A stretch of DNA of 64,000 nucleotides from Phycisphaerales bacterium. GTDB lineage: Bacteria; Planctomycetota; Phycisphaerae; Phycisphaerales; UBA1924. Where the stretch lies: contig DASPKU010000002.1 of the NCBI GenBank assembly GCA_035627955.1, forward strand, positions 22,277 to 86,276. Reading direction: 5' to 3'. Under the pieces are notes generated by a model that searched no databases, had not been told where the DNA came from, and worked only from the letters and a program-made list of their open reading frames with translations. Position 1 is the stretch's first letter. Every line of letters begins with the position of its first letter. The translations under genes were made by a program, and so were the position numbers. Shown in pieces: positions 19,129-28,317 of the stretch.

Positions 19129-21198
19129 CTAGCTTGTCACAGTGGAAACCTTGGTTTTTCCACAAATTGCGGTTATCGGAGTGCTTTTCTCGCCCGGATC
19201 GGTGGTGATGCCCTTCCCCCACAGCAGCAGAAGGGAGTTCAGCACCACCAGCAGCGTCCCGCCCTCGTGGGCCAGCACCCCTACCGAGAGCGGCACTACC
19301 CGACCAGTCAACGAACCAACCAGCGTCGCCGCCGCCATCAGCACGATCACCGACACCGCGAATACCAGGTTCCGCTTCACCGTCGACCGCGCCTTGCGGG
19401 CCAGCCCCACTGCCCACGGCACCGCGGCCAGGTTGTCCGACAGCAGCACGATGTCGCTGCTCTCCAGCGCCGCGGCGGTGCCGATCGTGCCGATCCCCAC
19501 CGACACATCCGCCGCCGCCAGCGCGGGCGCGTCGTTCACGCCGTCGCCGATCACCCCCACCCCTCCCGACGCCCCCGTCTTGAGCTTCCGAACCGCCTCC
19601 AGCTTGTCCTGCGGCAGCAGCTCGGCCTCGAAGCCGTCGAGCCCCAGGGACTCGGCAATCCGCCCCGCCGTGAGACGGTTGTCCCCGGTCAGCATCACCA
19701 CCGGCTTGATGCCAAGGGCGTGCAGCTCGCGCACGAGCCCCGCCGCCCCCGGGCGCACCTGGTCGGCCATGATCAGCACGGCGGCGTCTCCGCCGGGGTC
19801 CTCCTCGGTCCCTGCTCCGGTCCCCGCACGGGCCACCACGACCGCCACGTGCCCGCGGTGCTGGATTTTGGTCAGCACCTCCTTGACGCGGTTGCGCAGG
19901 CACACGGGGATTACCTCCTCGGTGAACGCGTAGCTCCCCAGCCGCACCAGGGCCCCGCCGTCGGCCTGCCGCCCCTCGATGCCCCGTGCGGTGACGTGGT
20001 TGACGTCTGTCATCTCCACCGTCCCCACGCCCCGCTCCATCGCGGCCTCGCGCACCGCTGCGGCGATTGGGTGGGTCGAGTCCGCCTCCAGGCTGGCCGC
20101 GATCGCCAGCAGCTCGCGACCGTCGCTCCACGCCACCGGGTGCACCTCGTACAGGCGCGGCCGGCCGAATGTCAGCGTGCCCGTCTTGTCGAACGCCACC
20201 GCCGCCAGCCCGGCCAGCCGGTCGATGGACTGCCCACCCTTGAACAGCACTCCCTCGCGCGCGGCCCGCGCAATCGCCGCGAGCGTGGCCGTCGGCGTCG
20301 CGATCACCAGCGCACACGGCGACGCCACGATCAGCAGCGTGATGGCCGTGTACGCGGCGTCCGTCCACTCCCGCGCCAGCCCGAGCCACCACACGACAAA
20401 CACGACGACCGAGACCGCCATGACGCCCATTGCGTACGGCTCGCTCAGCCGGTCGATAGTCCGCTGCACCGGCTCGCGCTGCTCGCGTGCCTGGGTTACC
20501 AGGTCGAGGATCTTCTGGAGGCTGCTTTCTTTCACAGGTCGAAGCACGCGCGCAACGAGCGGGTCGTCGGTGTTGATCGTGCCGGCGTACAGCTCGTCGC
20601 CCGCCTTCACCGCCCGTGGCATCGACTCGCCGGTGATCGCCGACTGATCGATCGTCGACTGCCCCTCCACCACCACCGCGTCCGCTGGCACCCGCTCGCC
20701 CGGCCGCACCCGCAGCGACTCACCGATCACCAGCGACTCCGCGGGCGCCTCCACCCACTCGCCATCCCGCAGCACCAGGGCCTCAGTGGGCATCAGCTTG
20801 TGCAAAGCCTCCACCTCGCGCTTCGTGCGCTCCATCGCGAGGTCCTCCAGCGCCCCCGCGAGCACAAAGAGGAACAGCAGCAGCGCGCCCTCCTCCGGGT
20901 GGCCGATGTAGGCCGCGAGGCCGGCCCCCACGATCATGAGCACGTCGATGTCGAACTTCTTCTCGCGCAGGGACGCCCACGCCGCGCGACCGCCGTACAC
21001 CATCCCGATGGCCAGGCTCGCCCAGATGAACCCCTCGGCCCACCCGAGCTTCAGCCACACGTGCAGCACGTAGCCGAGCGCCAGCAGCACGCCTGCGACG
21101 ATCGACGCCCGCAGCTCAAACCGCGCCGTAAACACCGCCCGCGGGAACGCCCACGTCACCGGAGGATGGACCTCGCTCGCCCGCACCGGCTGCATCAC
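19129..21198 (-). CDS. heavy-metal P1B-type ATPase (SPC motif, no N-terminal HMA domain; P1B-4-like)
   Basis: DKTGTLT, TGES, MLTGDN and GDGVNDAPAL are present. TM6 carries the motif VASPCALVIATP. The N-terminus goes straight into TM helices. Confidence 0.9.
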   Translation of the reverse strand: MMQPVRASEVHPPVTWAFPRAVFTARFELRASIVAGVLLALGYVLHVWLKLGWAEGFIWASLAIGMVYGGRAAWASLREKKFDIDVLMIVGAGLAAYIGHPEEGALLLFLFVLAGALEDLAMERTKREVEALHKLMPTEALVLRDGEWVEAPAESLVIGESLRVRPGERVPADAVVVEGQSTIDQSAITGESMPRAVKAGDELYAGTINTDDPLVARVLRPVKESSLQKILDLVTQAREQREPVQRTIDRLSEPYAMGVMAVSVVVFVVWWLGLAREWTDAAYTAITLLIVASPCALVIATPTATLAAIARAAREGVLFKGGQSIDRLAGLAAVAFDKTGTLTFGRPRLYEVHPVAWSDGRELLAIAASLEADSTHPIAAAVREAAMERGVGTVEMTDVNHVTARGIEGRQADGGALVRLGSYAFTEEVIPVCLRNRVKEVLTKIQHRGHVAVVVARAGTGAGTEEDPGGDAAVLIMADQVRPGAAGLVRELHALGIKPVVMLTGDNRLTAGRIAESLGLDGFEAELLPQDKLEAVRKLKTGASGGVGVIGDGVNDAPALAAADVSVGIGTIGTAAALESSDIVLLSDNLAAVPWAVGLARKARSTVKRNLVFAVSVIVLMAAATLVGSLTGRVVPLSVGVLAHEGGTLLVVLNSLLLLWGKGITTDPGEKSTPITAICGKTKVSTVTS

Positions 21199-21298
21199 GG
21201 AAGGCTAGGGTGCCACCGAGATGCCTTCATCTCGGTGGTCTCTACCGGCTGGGGCGTCCTATGCCTCCTCTGCACTCCTCTGAGTCCTATCCGCACCC

Positions 21299-22048
21299 TC
21301 AGCAGCTATGCCCCCCGATCACCCTGAAGAAACTCTCAATGTCCTGGTCGGTCGCGATATCCCCATCCCCGTTGAAGTCCGCGCTCCCGCACGACTGGCA
21401 GCACGACCCGCCGATGCACGCAAAGAACGCCTCAATGTCCTGGTCGGTCGCGGCGTCGCCGTCGCCGTTGTAGTCCGCGCTCCCGCACGAACTCCCGCGC
21501 ACCTCGACGCTCACCGCCACGCCCTCCTGGCACGACCACTGCCCGTCATTGCCGCGAAGGGCCACGTACCCCGAGGCCGAACCCGACCAGTTCCACACCG
21601 GGTTGCGCCGCAGCGGCGTCGCGCTCTCCGCGACGATCCAGTAGCTCTGCCCCGCCCCCAACATCAAGTTCTCTTCGCACGCCAGCGCGTGCCGCACCGG
21701 CTGCCAGGGCACTGGGGCCACCGAACACACCCAGCTCACCAGCGGCTCGGGCGACGGGCCGATGCCGTCGCCATCATTGTCCATGTCCGCTCGCAGCGTC
21801 ACGTTCAGCGTCGGCGCGATCTCCTGCCCGGCCGTCGTGTTGCACATCAGCCACAGCGAGACTTCGCTCACCGAGCAGTTGCGATCGGGCGTGAAGCGGA
21901 TCGCCACCGACTGGGCGTCCCACACATCAAACCCCGTCACGCCCATGGGTCCGCCGAAGGGGTCGCCCGTTGAATAGATCGGCTCATCCGCCGCGGCGAT
22001 CGGGCACACCAGCGGCACGCAGGCCACGAACAGAAGGGCTCGGTGCAT
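21299..22048 (-). CDS. secreted protein with a duplicated C-terminal GC-type dockerin-like module
   Basis: Signal peptide MHRALLFVACVPLVCPIAAA. The tail is CGSADYNGDGDAATDQDIEAFFACIGGSCCQSCGSADFNGDGDIATDQDIESFFRVIGGHSC (EF-hand/dockerin-like DxNxDGxxxxxD, twice). Confidence 0.65.
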   Translation of the reverse strand: MHRALLFVACVPLVCPIAAADEPIYSTGDPFGGPMGVTGFDVWDAQSVAIRFTPDRNCSVSEVSLWLMCNTTAGQEIAPTLNVTLRADMDNDGDGIGPSPEPLVSWVCSVAPVPWQPVRHALACEENLMLGAGQSYWIVAESATPLRRNPVWNWSGSASGYVALRGNDGQWSCQEGVAVSVEVRGSSCGSADYNGDGDAATDQDIEAFFACIGGSCCQSCGSADFNGDGDIATDQDIESFFRVIGGHSC

Positions 22049-22142
22049 ACCGCACCGTTCCACCACCACCCGTCCACCGCGTCACCCTGAACCCCGATTC
22101 ACCAAGCCTTTGGCCAACGCCCGTCGGTGGTTCGCGCGAAGG

Positions 22143-22267
22143 CACTTACCGCAGAGCACGCAGAGGGCGCAGAGAAAAGCACTTGGAACAGCGTGCCCGG
22201 CGCTCACCCCATTCCAATCCGCCTCTGTTTTTCTTCTCTGCGTTCTCTGCGTGCTCTGCGGTTAGTG
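22143..22267. repeat. 125-bp palindromic element (32-nt arms built from three CGCAGAG 9-mers)
   Basis: cacttaccgcagagcacgcagagggcgcagag (22143-22174) against the reverse complement of ctctgcgttctctgcgtgctctgcggttagtg (22236-22267); 29 of 32 positions match. Confidence 0.75.
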
Positions 22268-22269
22268 CT

Positions 22270-23811
22270 TTACACGTGCAGCGCCCGCGACTCCGCCGCC
22301 AGCGCCGCCTCGTGCACCGCCTCGTGCATCGTCGGGTGGGCGTGGATCGTCGCGATGAGCTCCTCGGTCGTCGCCTCCAGGCGGCGGGCCAGGCTCAGCT
22401 CGGCAATCAGCTCCGTGGCCGCGTCGCCCATAATGTGCGCCCCCAGGATCTCGCCCCGCGGCAGACCCCGGATGATCTTCACGAACCCGTCCGTGTGGGC
22501 CGCGGCGATCGCCTTGCCGTGCGCCTGGAACGCGTACTTGCCCACCTCATAGTCCTTGCCCTTCACCTTGCCCTCGGCGATCAGCTTCTGCTCGGTGTAG
22601 CCCACGCTCGCCACCTGCGGCTGGCAGTACGTGCACCCCGGCAGCACCGAGTAGTCGATCGGGTAGGGCTCGTGCTTGGCCTTCTTGTCCTTCCACGCGA
22701 TCCGCTCCACGCACGTCACGGCCTCTTCCATCGCCTTGTGCGCGAGGCACGGCGGCCCGATGACGTCGCCGATCGCGTAGATGCCCGGCAGGTTGGTCGC
22801 GTACGTGATCGGCTCGGCCTTGGTCGCGCCCGGCTTGTAGTCGGTCACGATCCAGCCGCGCTCGGTCTTGAGACCCAGCTTCTCGTCGAACAGCCCGTCG
22901 GTGCGGGCCGCCACGCCGATCGCCAGCAGCACGCGGTCGGCCTCCAGCGTCTCCTTCTTGCCCTCGTCCGCCTTGCCGTTGACCACCGGCGCGACCGTCA
23001 CCTTCACGCCGTTGGCGGTCTTCTCGATGTTCGTCGTCGTGGTGCCCGTGCGGATGTCGTAGCCCTGCTTCTTGTACAGCTTGGCCATGCCGTCCGAGAC
23101 GTCCTTATCCTCAACGGGCAGGATGGTGTCGAGCATCTCCACGATGGTCACCTGCGTGCCCAGCTGCTTGTAGAAGTACGCGAACTCCATCCCGATGGCG
23201 CCGCTGCCCACGATGATCAGCTTGTTGGGCCGGGCCTTGTTGTACATCGCCTCGCGAGCCCCCCAGATCTTGTCGCCGTCGAACCTGGCGAACGGCAGGT
23301 CGCGGGCCACCGAACCCGTCGCGATCAGCACGTTGTCGCAGGTGATCGTCTCCTTCACCTTGCCCGGCTTGGCCGGAGCGCTGGACAGCTCCTCCTGCAC
23401 CTCGCACTCGGCGATCTCCACGCGGCACTTGCCGCCGGCGCCCGTGCGACCACTGATGATCTTCGCGTTGGCCACGAAGTGCTCGATCTTGTTCTTCCGC
23501 ATCAGGTACTCAACGCCCTTGTTGAGCTTGGCCGCGACGTCGCGCGAGCGCCCGATGACCTTGTCCCACTGCACGTTGATCTTGCCGTGGATCTGCAGGC
23601 CATAGGCCTCGCCGTGACTGAGCTTCTCCATCAGCTCGGCGTTGGTCAGCAGCGCCTTGGATGGGATGCAGCCCCAGTTGAGGCACACGCCGCCCAGCTT
23701 GGCCCGGTCCACGATGGCGACCTTGTACCCCAGCTGCGCCGCCCGGATCGCCCCAATGTACCCGCCCGGACCGCCGCCAATCACCACCATGTCAAAGTGC
23801 CGCTCAGCCAC
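22270..23811 (-). CDS. lpdA: dihydrolipoyl dehydrogenase
   Basis: DMVVIGGGPGGYIGAIRAAQLG, redox-active GGVCLNWGCIPSKALL, an NAD site IIVGSGAIGMEFA, and the C-terminal HAHPTMHEA interface motif. Confidence 0.9.
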   Translation of the reverse strand: MAERHFDMVVIGGGPGGYIGAIRAAQLGYKVAIVDRAKLGGVCLNWGCIPSKALLTNAELMEKLSHGEAYGLQIHGKINVQWDKVIGRSRDVAAKLNKGVEYLMRKNKIEHFVANAKIISGRTGAGGKCRVEIAECEVQEELSSAPAKPGKVKETITCDNVLIATGSVARDLPFARFDGDKIWGAREAMYNKARPNKLIIVGSGAIGMEFAYFYKQLGTQVTIVEMLDTILPVEDKDVSDGMAKLYKKQGYDIRTGTTTTNIEKTANGVKVTVAPVVNGKADEGKKETLEADRVLLAIGVAARTDGLFDEKLGLKTERGWIVTDYKPGATKAEPITYATNLPGIYAIGDVIGPPCLAHKAMEEAVTCVERIAWKDKKAKHEPYPIDYSVLPGCTYCQPQVASVGYTEQKLIAEGKVKGKDYEVGKYAFQAHGKAIAAAHTDGFVKIIRGLPRGEILGAHIMGDAATELIAELSLARRLEATTEELIATIHAHPTMHEAVHEAALAAESRALHV

Positions 23812-23972
23812 TGGATAAGCCTCCGGAACCGCCCGGAATCCGAGCGGGCCGGAGTATAGCTCTTGGGTACCCCGCCGCTCCGCGGCGGCTCTTCCCGCGT
23901 GCCATTGCGTCTCAAGCGTGCCATGGCGACGTCTTCGTCGCTATGTCCTCGCACGGCACCCAACTTCCTGGC

Positions 23973-24072
23973 CCGTTCGCAACGAGCCCCGAACGAAGTG
24001 AGTGGGCGGTGCACGCCTTGCGCGCCGTTGGCGGGAAGGCCCGTCACTTCGTTCCGGGCTCGTTCCGAACGG
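23973..24072. repeat. 'GAGCCCCGAACGAAGTGAG' palindromic element, locus B
   Basis: ccgttcgcaacgagccccgaacgaagtgagtggg (23973-24006) and cccgtcacttcgttccgggctcgttccgaacgg (24040-24072). The right arm supplies the last roughly 9 codons (..VRNEPGTK) of the nuclease-like CDS. Confidence 0.85.
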
Positions 24073-25102
24073 TCGCCGTGTTCCCCGCGCCCGCCGCTTC
24101 CCCCTCCACCGCCCCGTCATACCTCACAAAGTCATCGACATCCTTCTGCGTCGGCTCCGCGCTCTCCCACGCCGCCCGGTACATCGCCCCCAGCATCGAC
24201 GCCCCGCTCGCCAGCCGCTTCTCGATGAACTCCTTGCCCCTCGCCTGCTCCAGCTCGCCCGTCTTCTTCAGCTCGTACAGCGGCTCGACCTCCACGAACG
24301 AGGTCTCCAGGTAGTTCAGCACGTCCTCCCACGGCGCCCGCGCCTCCACCTGCACCTTGCCGTCGACAAACTTCCGCACGTCCGAAGCCTTGATGCGGTG
24401 GTGCGTGATGATCTTGCCGTCGATGTACGAGTGAAAGCCGCGGTCGGTGGTGTAGCCCTTGGGGTTCTCGCCGACCCAGCCGTGGTGGTGCTTGGTCATG
24501 TGCAGCGGCTGGGCCGCGTCGCCCACGTAGTGCGAGAGCACGCCCATGTTGTAGATCGCGTTCTCCTTGGCGAGCTGCAGCTGGTGCGCCCGGCGCGGGT
24601 CGTTGAGCTTCTCGAGCACGCGCACGGTCAGGAACGCGTTCTGCACCTTCGCGTACTGCTCGGTGATGCCGTAGGGGAGGAAGCCGGGCAGCTCGTCGGT
24701 CTTCGCCGTGTCGCGCGCGGGGTTCACGGGCCGCCCCTTGAAGTCCTTGCCGGCGCGCTCCTTGGCGAGCGCCATCGCCTTCACGTACTCGTACCGCAGC
24801 GTCGGCAGCGTCTTGAGGCTCAGCCCGTACGGCGCGAGATCCTCGACATCCAGGTAGTGCTCGGGGTTGTTCAGGTGCGTGAGCTGGTTGATCTTCGTGC
24901 CACGCCAGCGGTCCGGCACCACGGCCCCATCGGCCACCTTCTTGATCGTCTCCTCGCCCTTCAGCCACTCGGGCCCGCCCCTCATCGACTCCACCGCCAG
25001 CGTCGTGATCAGCCGGTGGCCGTAGGCGTCCCACCCGAGGGCCGGCAGGGCCACGCACGCGGTCACAAACGCACTCAGCAGCACCTTGGAAACCGTTCGC
25101 AT
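24044..25102 (-). CDS. S1/P1-type zinc nuclease / zinc phospholipase C superfamily protein (secreted)
   Basis: Signal peptide MRTVSKVLLSAFVTACVALPALG, followed by a mature N-terminus WDAYGH (W-x-x-x-G-H). HYVGDAAQPLH matches the family's H..GD..QPLH metal motif. Confidence 0.6.
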   Translation of the reverse strand: MRTVSKVLLSAFVTACVALPALGWDAYGHRLITTLAVESMRGGPEWLKGEETIKKVADGAVVPDRWRGTKINQLTHLNNPEHYLDVEDLAPYGLSLKTLPTLRYEYVKAMALAKERAGKDFKGRPVNPARDTAKTDELPGFLPYGITEQYAKVQNAFLTVRVLEKLNDPRRAHQLQLAKENAIYNMGVLSHYVGDAAQPLHMTKHHHGWVGENPKGYTTDRGFHSYIDGKIITHHRIKASDVRKFVDGKVQVEARAPWEDVLNYLETSFVEVEPLYELKKTGELEQARGKEFIEKRLASGASMLGAMYRAAWESAEPTQKDVDDFVRYDGAVEGEAAGAGNTATVRNEPGTK

Positions 25103-25164
25103 GTCCAACTGTAGTGACGCCCGCCTGGCCCCGATCCGGGCCGCAATCCGGTACAACACGCTGT

Positions 25165-26001
25165 ATGTCGACCCCCCGGCAGAAACCCCGCACGATCCTC
25201 CGCCTGCTCAGGCGAGTCCTCGTCCTGCTCCTCGTAACCTACGGCGTGTGGCTCACCGCCTGCTCCGCCCTGGAGACCAAGCTCGTCTACCCGCGCTCCT
25301 TCGCCGGCCCGCCGATGCAGGACTCCCTCATCCCGCGCGACGTCGAGCAGCTCTGGATCGACACCGATGCCGGCCGCACCGAGGCCTGGTTCATCCCCTC
25401 GCGCTCCGTCCGTCCCATGCCCTGCGTCGTCTTCTTCCACGGCAACGCCGAGCTCATCGACCACAACTACCAGCTCGCCGAGCAGTACCGTGACCGCGGC
25501 TTCTCCACGCTGCTCGTGGAGTACCGCGGCTACGGCCGCTCCTCCGGCACGCCATCGCAGACCGCCATCGTCGCCGACGCCGTCAAGTTCGTTGACAGCA
25601 TCAAGGACAAGGCCGGCGTGGACCCCTCCCGTCTCTTCTACCACGGCCGCTCGCTGGGTACCGGCGTGGCCGCGCAGGTCGCGAAGGAACGCCCGCCCGC
25701 CGCCCTCATCCTTGAGTCCCCCTTCACCAGCATCGCCTCGTTTGCCAAGTCCTACGGCGTGCCGTCCTTCCTCGTGCGAAACTCCTACCGCACCGACAGG
25801 GTCCTGCCCACCCTCGCCTGCCCCATCCTGATCCTGCACAGCCGCGGCGACGAGATCGTGCCGTTCTCCCACGGCGAGCGCCTCAAAGCCCTGGTCCCCA
25901 CCGCAACCCTCATCGAGCTCACGGGCGGCCACAACACCCCCCTCGGCGAGCAGGAGGCGTACTGGGAGTCGATTGACGCGATGCTCAAACCGCTTCTGTG
26001 A
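25165..26001 (+). CDS. alpha/beta hydrolase (BEM46/ABHD13-like) with an N-terminal TM anchor
   Basis: FFHGNAELI...YRGYGRSSG...nucleophile elbow GRSLGTG...ILHSRGDEIVP...GGHN. Confidence 0.8.
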   Translation: MSTPRQKPRTILRLLRRVLVLLLVTYGVWLTACSALETKLVYPRSFAGPPMQDSLIPRDVEQLWIDTDAGRTEAWFIPSRSVRPMPCVVFFHGNAELIDHNYQLAEQYRDRGFSTLLVEYRGYGRSSGTPSQTAIVADAVKFVDSIKDKAGVDPSRLFYHGRSLGTGVAAQVAKERPPAALILESPFTSIASFAKSYGVPSFLVRNSYRTDRVLPTLACPILILHSRGDEIVPFSHGERLKALVPTATLIELTGGHNTPLGEQEAYWESIDAMLKPLL

Positions 26002-26011
26002 GCGCAACGAT

Positions 26012-26109
26012 CGTTCGTAACGAGCCCCGAACGAAGTGAGCGGGCAGGGTCTTCACCGGCGCACATCGCGCAAAGAACCCGTCACTGCGTTCCGGGCTCG
26101 TTCCGAACG
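26012..26109. repeat. 'GAGCCCCGAACGAAGTGAG' palindromic element, locus C
   Basis: cgttcgtaacgagccccgaacgaagtgagcggg (26012-26044) and cccgtcactgcgttccgggctcgttccgaacg (26078-26109), in a convergent gap. Confidence 0.85.
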
Positions 26110-26127
26110 TCACCGCCTACACACGCC

Positions 26128-27117
26128 TCACACCTGCCCCGCGTACGTCTTAAAACTCGCCTTGAACGGCGCCGGCTCGATCCCCGTGTGCTCGCGGAAC
26201 TTCGTGAGGCTCGCGGTCGTGTCCATCGCCCCCATCTTCGCCATGCCCTCGTCGAAGGGCAGCAGCCCGCCCATCCCCAGGGCCTTCGCGCCCTTGGCCA
26301 CGTTCGCGCCCACGTGCGAGGGCAGCCCGAACACCGGCTGGTTCTCGTGCGCCCCATGGATGTGGTCGCGCATGAACCGCAGCATGTCGGGGAAGCTCAG
26401 CGTCTCGCTGCCCACGAGGTTGTAGACCTCGCCGAAGGTCCGCTGGTTCTCCAGCGACACCACGAACGCGTGGGCCACGTCCCCTACGTACACCGGCGCC
26501 ACCTTCGGGTCGATGTCGTGCACCGGCCCCAGCGGCACCCGCTTGTCCTCAACGCTCCGCGTGAAGTACGGGATGAACACGTACGGCGCCGCGTGCCCCT
26601 TCGCCCACCCCTTCACCATCTGCACGAACTCGCCGTCGGGCCCGTGGATGAACGAGGGCCGGAAGATGGTCCAGTCCAGGTCGCTCAGCCGCACCAGCAT
26701 CTCCGCCTCGAACTTCGTCCGCTGGTACTCGGTCTGCCCCGCGTCGGTGGCGTTAATCGCCGACATCTGCACGAACCGCCGCACGCCCCGCTCCTGGCAC
26801 TTGGCCACCAGCATCCGGGTCGCGTCCACGTGAATCCGCTGGAACGTCTGCGGCCGCTGCCCGGAGTCGCCGCGGGTTTCGCGGATGATGCCCAGCAGAT
26901 TGATGCACGCCCCGCACCCTTCGAGCAGCTCCTCCGCCTTGCCCGCGTCGGAGATGTCCCCCACCACCAGCACCGGCCCGTTCGGCAGCACCTCGCGGGC
27001 CTTCTCACGGCTGCGCACCAGCGCCCGCACGCCGTAGCCCCTGGCCAGCAGCTCGCGCACCATCCACCGGCCCACAAACCCCGACGCACCTGTGACGGCA
27101 ACGGTCTTCGTACCCAT
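26128..27117 (-). CDS. NAD(P)-binding atypical SDR (NDUFA9 / NmrA-like epimerase family)
   Basis: VAVTGASGFVGRWMVRELLARGYGVRALVRS Rossmann motif; length and pattern fit complex-I NDUFA9-like proteins. Confidence 0.8.
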   Translation of the reverse strand: MGTKTVAVTGASGFVGRWMVRELLARGYGVRALVRSREKAREVLPNGPVLVVGDISDAGKAEELLEGCGACINLLGIIRETRGDSGQRPQTFQRIHVDATRMLVAKCQERGVRRFVQMSAINATDAGQTEYQRTKFEAEMLVRLSDLDWTIFRPSFIHGPDGEFVQMVKGWAKGHAAPYVFIPYFTRSVEDKRVPLGPVHDIDPKVAPVYVGDVAHAFVVSLENQRTFGEVYNLVGSETLSFPDMLRFMRDHIHGAHENQPVFGLPSHVGANVAKGAKALGMGGLLPFDEGMAKMGAMDTTASLTKFREHTGIEPAPFKASFKTYAGQV

Positions 27118-27129
27118 AGGGCCTACACC

Positions 27130-28083
27130 TTAGGTGGTCTTCCTGATCCGCGCGGCCGTGCGCTTGCCGACCCGCCGGGGCGGGAAAATGGCCGTGCCCT
27201 GAGTGTCCTTCTCCCGCGGCACCGGCCCGATGTCGCGGATCCGCGTGAACGCCGACTTCGCGTTGTCCGCCGAGAACTCGCTGCCGATGAACCTCCGGCC
27301 CATCGCGTGGGCCATCACGCCCGTGGTGCCGCTGCCCAGGAAGGGGTCGACGACCAGGTCCCCCGGGTTGCTGCACGCCGCGATCACGCGCTCCAGGTAC
27401 ACCTCGGGCAGCTGGTTGTCGTGGTTCTCGCGCCGCTCCTTGTTGTTGCCCTGGATGCGCCCCCAGTACCGCCCGTACCACACGTCCATCGGCACCCGCA
27501 TCCCCGCGGGCATGCCGTCCTTCTTGTCCATGGTGCGCGGGTCAAAGTACGTCGTCGCCCGGTCGGAGGGCTCCAGCACGGCTTCGCTGTTCCACGTGCG
27601 CTCGCCACCCGGCTTCACAAACCACAGCGCGTGCACCTTGCTGTTGATGAACCGCGCCTTGGTGTTCTGCCCGAAGCGGTAGTGCCAGATGCACCAGTTC
27701 TCCATCTCCAGGCCGCGCTTCTTGAGATGCACGACGATCTCCGCGCAGGTGTCGTCGGGGATGTTCACCCAGAACGACCCGCCCGGCCGCAGCAGGGCGA
27801 TGCACGTGTCCAGCCACTCCTCCGTGAACCGCAGGTAGTCCTCGCGGGGCATCGCGTCGTCCCACTTGTCGTACGCGCGGTTCCAGTTGAAGGGGGGGTC
27901 GGCGAAGACCAGGTCCACCGTCCCGTTCAGCTCCGGCAGGCGGGCGAACACCTTGCGGCAGTCGCCCACGTAAACCTTGCAGGAAGGCTTCCCGGCAACA
28001 TCGATCTCGTGCTTCGGGCGCAGGCCCTGCTGACCCTGCTGGGCGCGCTCGACAACCCCTCGCTTGGCATCCACCGCGGTCAT
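27130..28083 (-). CDS. beta-class DNA methyltransferase (N6-adenine or N4-cytosine); no cognate endonuclease seen
   Basis: Motif IV DLVFADPPFN precedes motif I VVDPFLGSGTTGVMAHAMGRRFIGSE, which is the circular permutation of the beta class. Confidence 0.85.
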   Translation of the reverse strand: MTAVDAKRGVVERAQQGQQGLRPKHEIDVAGKPSCKVYVGDCRKVFARLPELNGTVDLVFADPPFNWNRAYDKWDDAMPREDYLRFTEEWLDTCIALLRPGGSFWVNIPDDTCAEIVVHLKKRGLEMENWCIWHYRFGQNTKARFINSKVHALWFVKPGGERTWNSEAVLEPSDRATTYFDPRTMDKKDGMPAGMRVPMDVWYGRYWGRIQGNNKERRENHDNQLPEVYLERVIAACSNPGDLVVDPFLGSGTTGVMAHAMGRRFIGSEFSADNAKSAFTRIRDIGPVPREKDTQGTAIFPPRRVGKRTAARIRKTT

Positions 28084-28317
28084 GACCTCTCCTCAACAGC
28101 CTTGCAGCATCGGCCGGACGCGGCCGGCACGCACAATATCACACCCGCGCCACCCCGCGCCAGCCGCCCGGAAACCCGCACGCGCCGACCACCTGCCGAA
28201 CCTATGATCCCCGCAGGCCGCCCCTGGGGACTCCCCTTGTCCGGGCGCGCCCTTTCCCACGCACGGTGTGACACGGCAAACCGCACCGGCCCCGACGCCC
28301 CCGCACAGAAGGCCCCG

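Noticed and set aside
26188-28317. N-terminal 710 codons of the 1219-aa track ORF that ends as the DEAD-box helicase
   Set aside because: This part is antisense to the NDUFA9-like and methyltransferase genes and is compositionally junk. Helicase homology begins only after the ATG at 28318.
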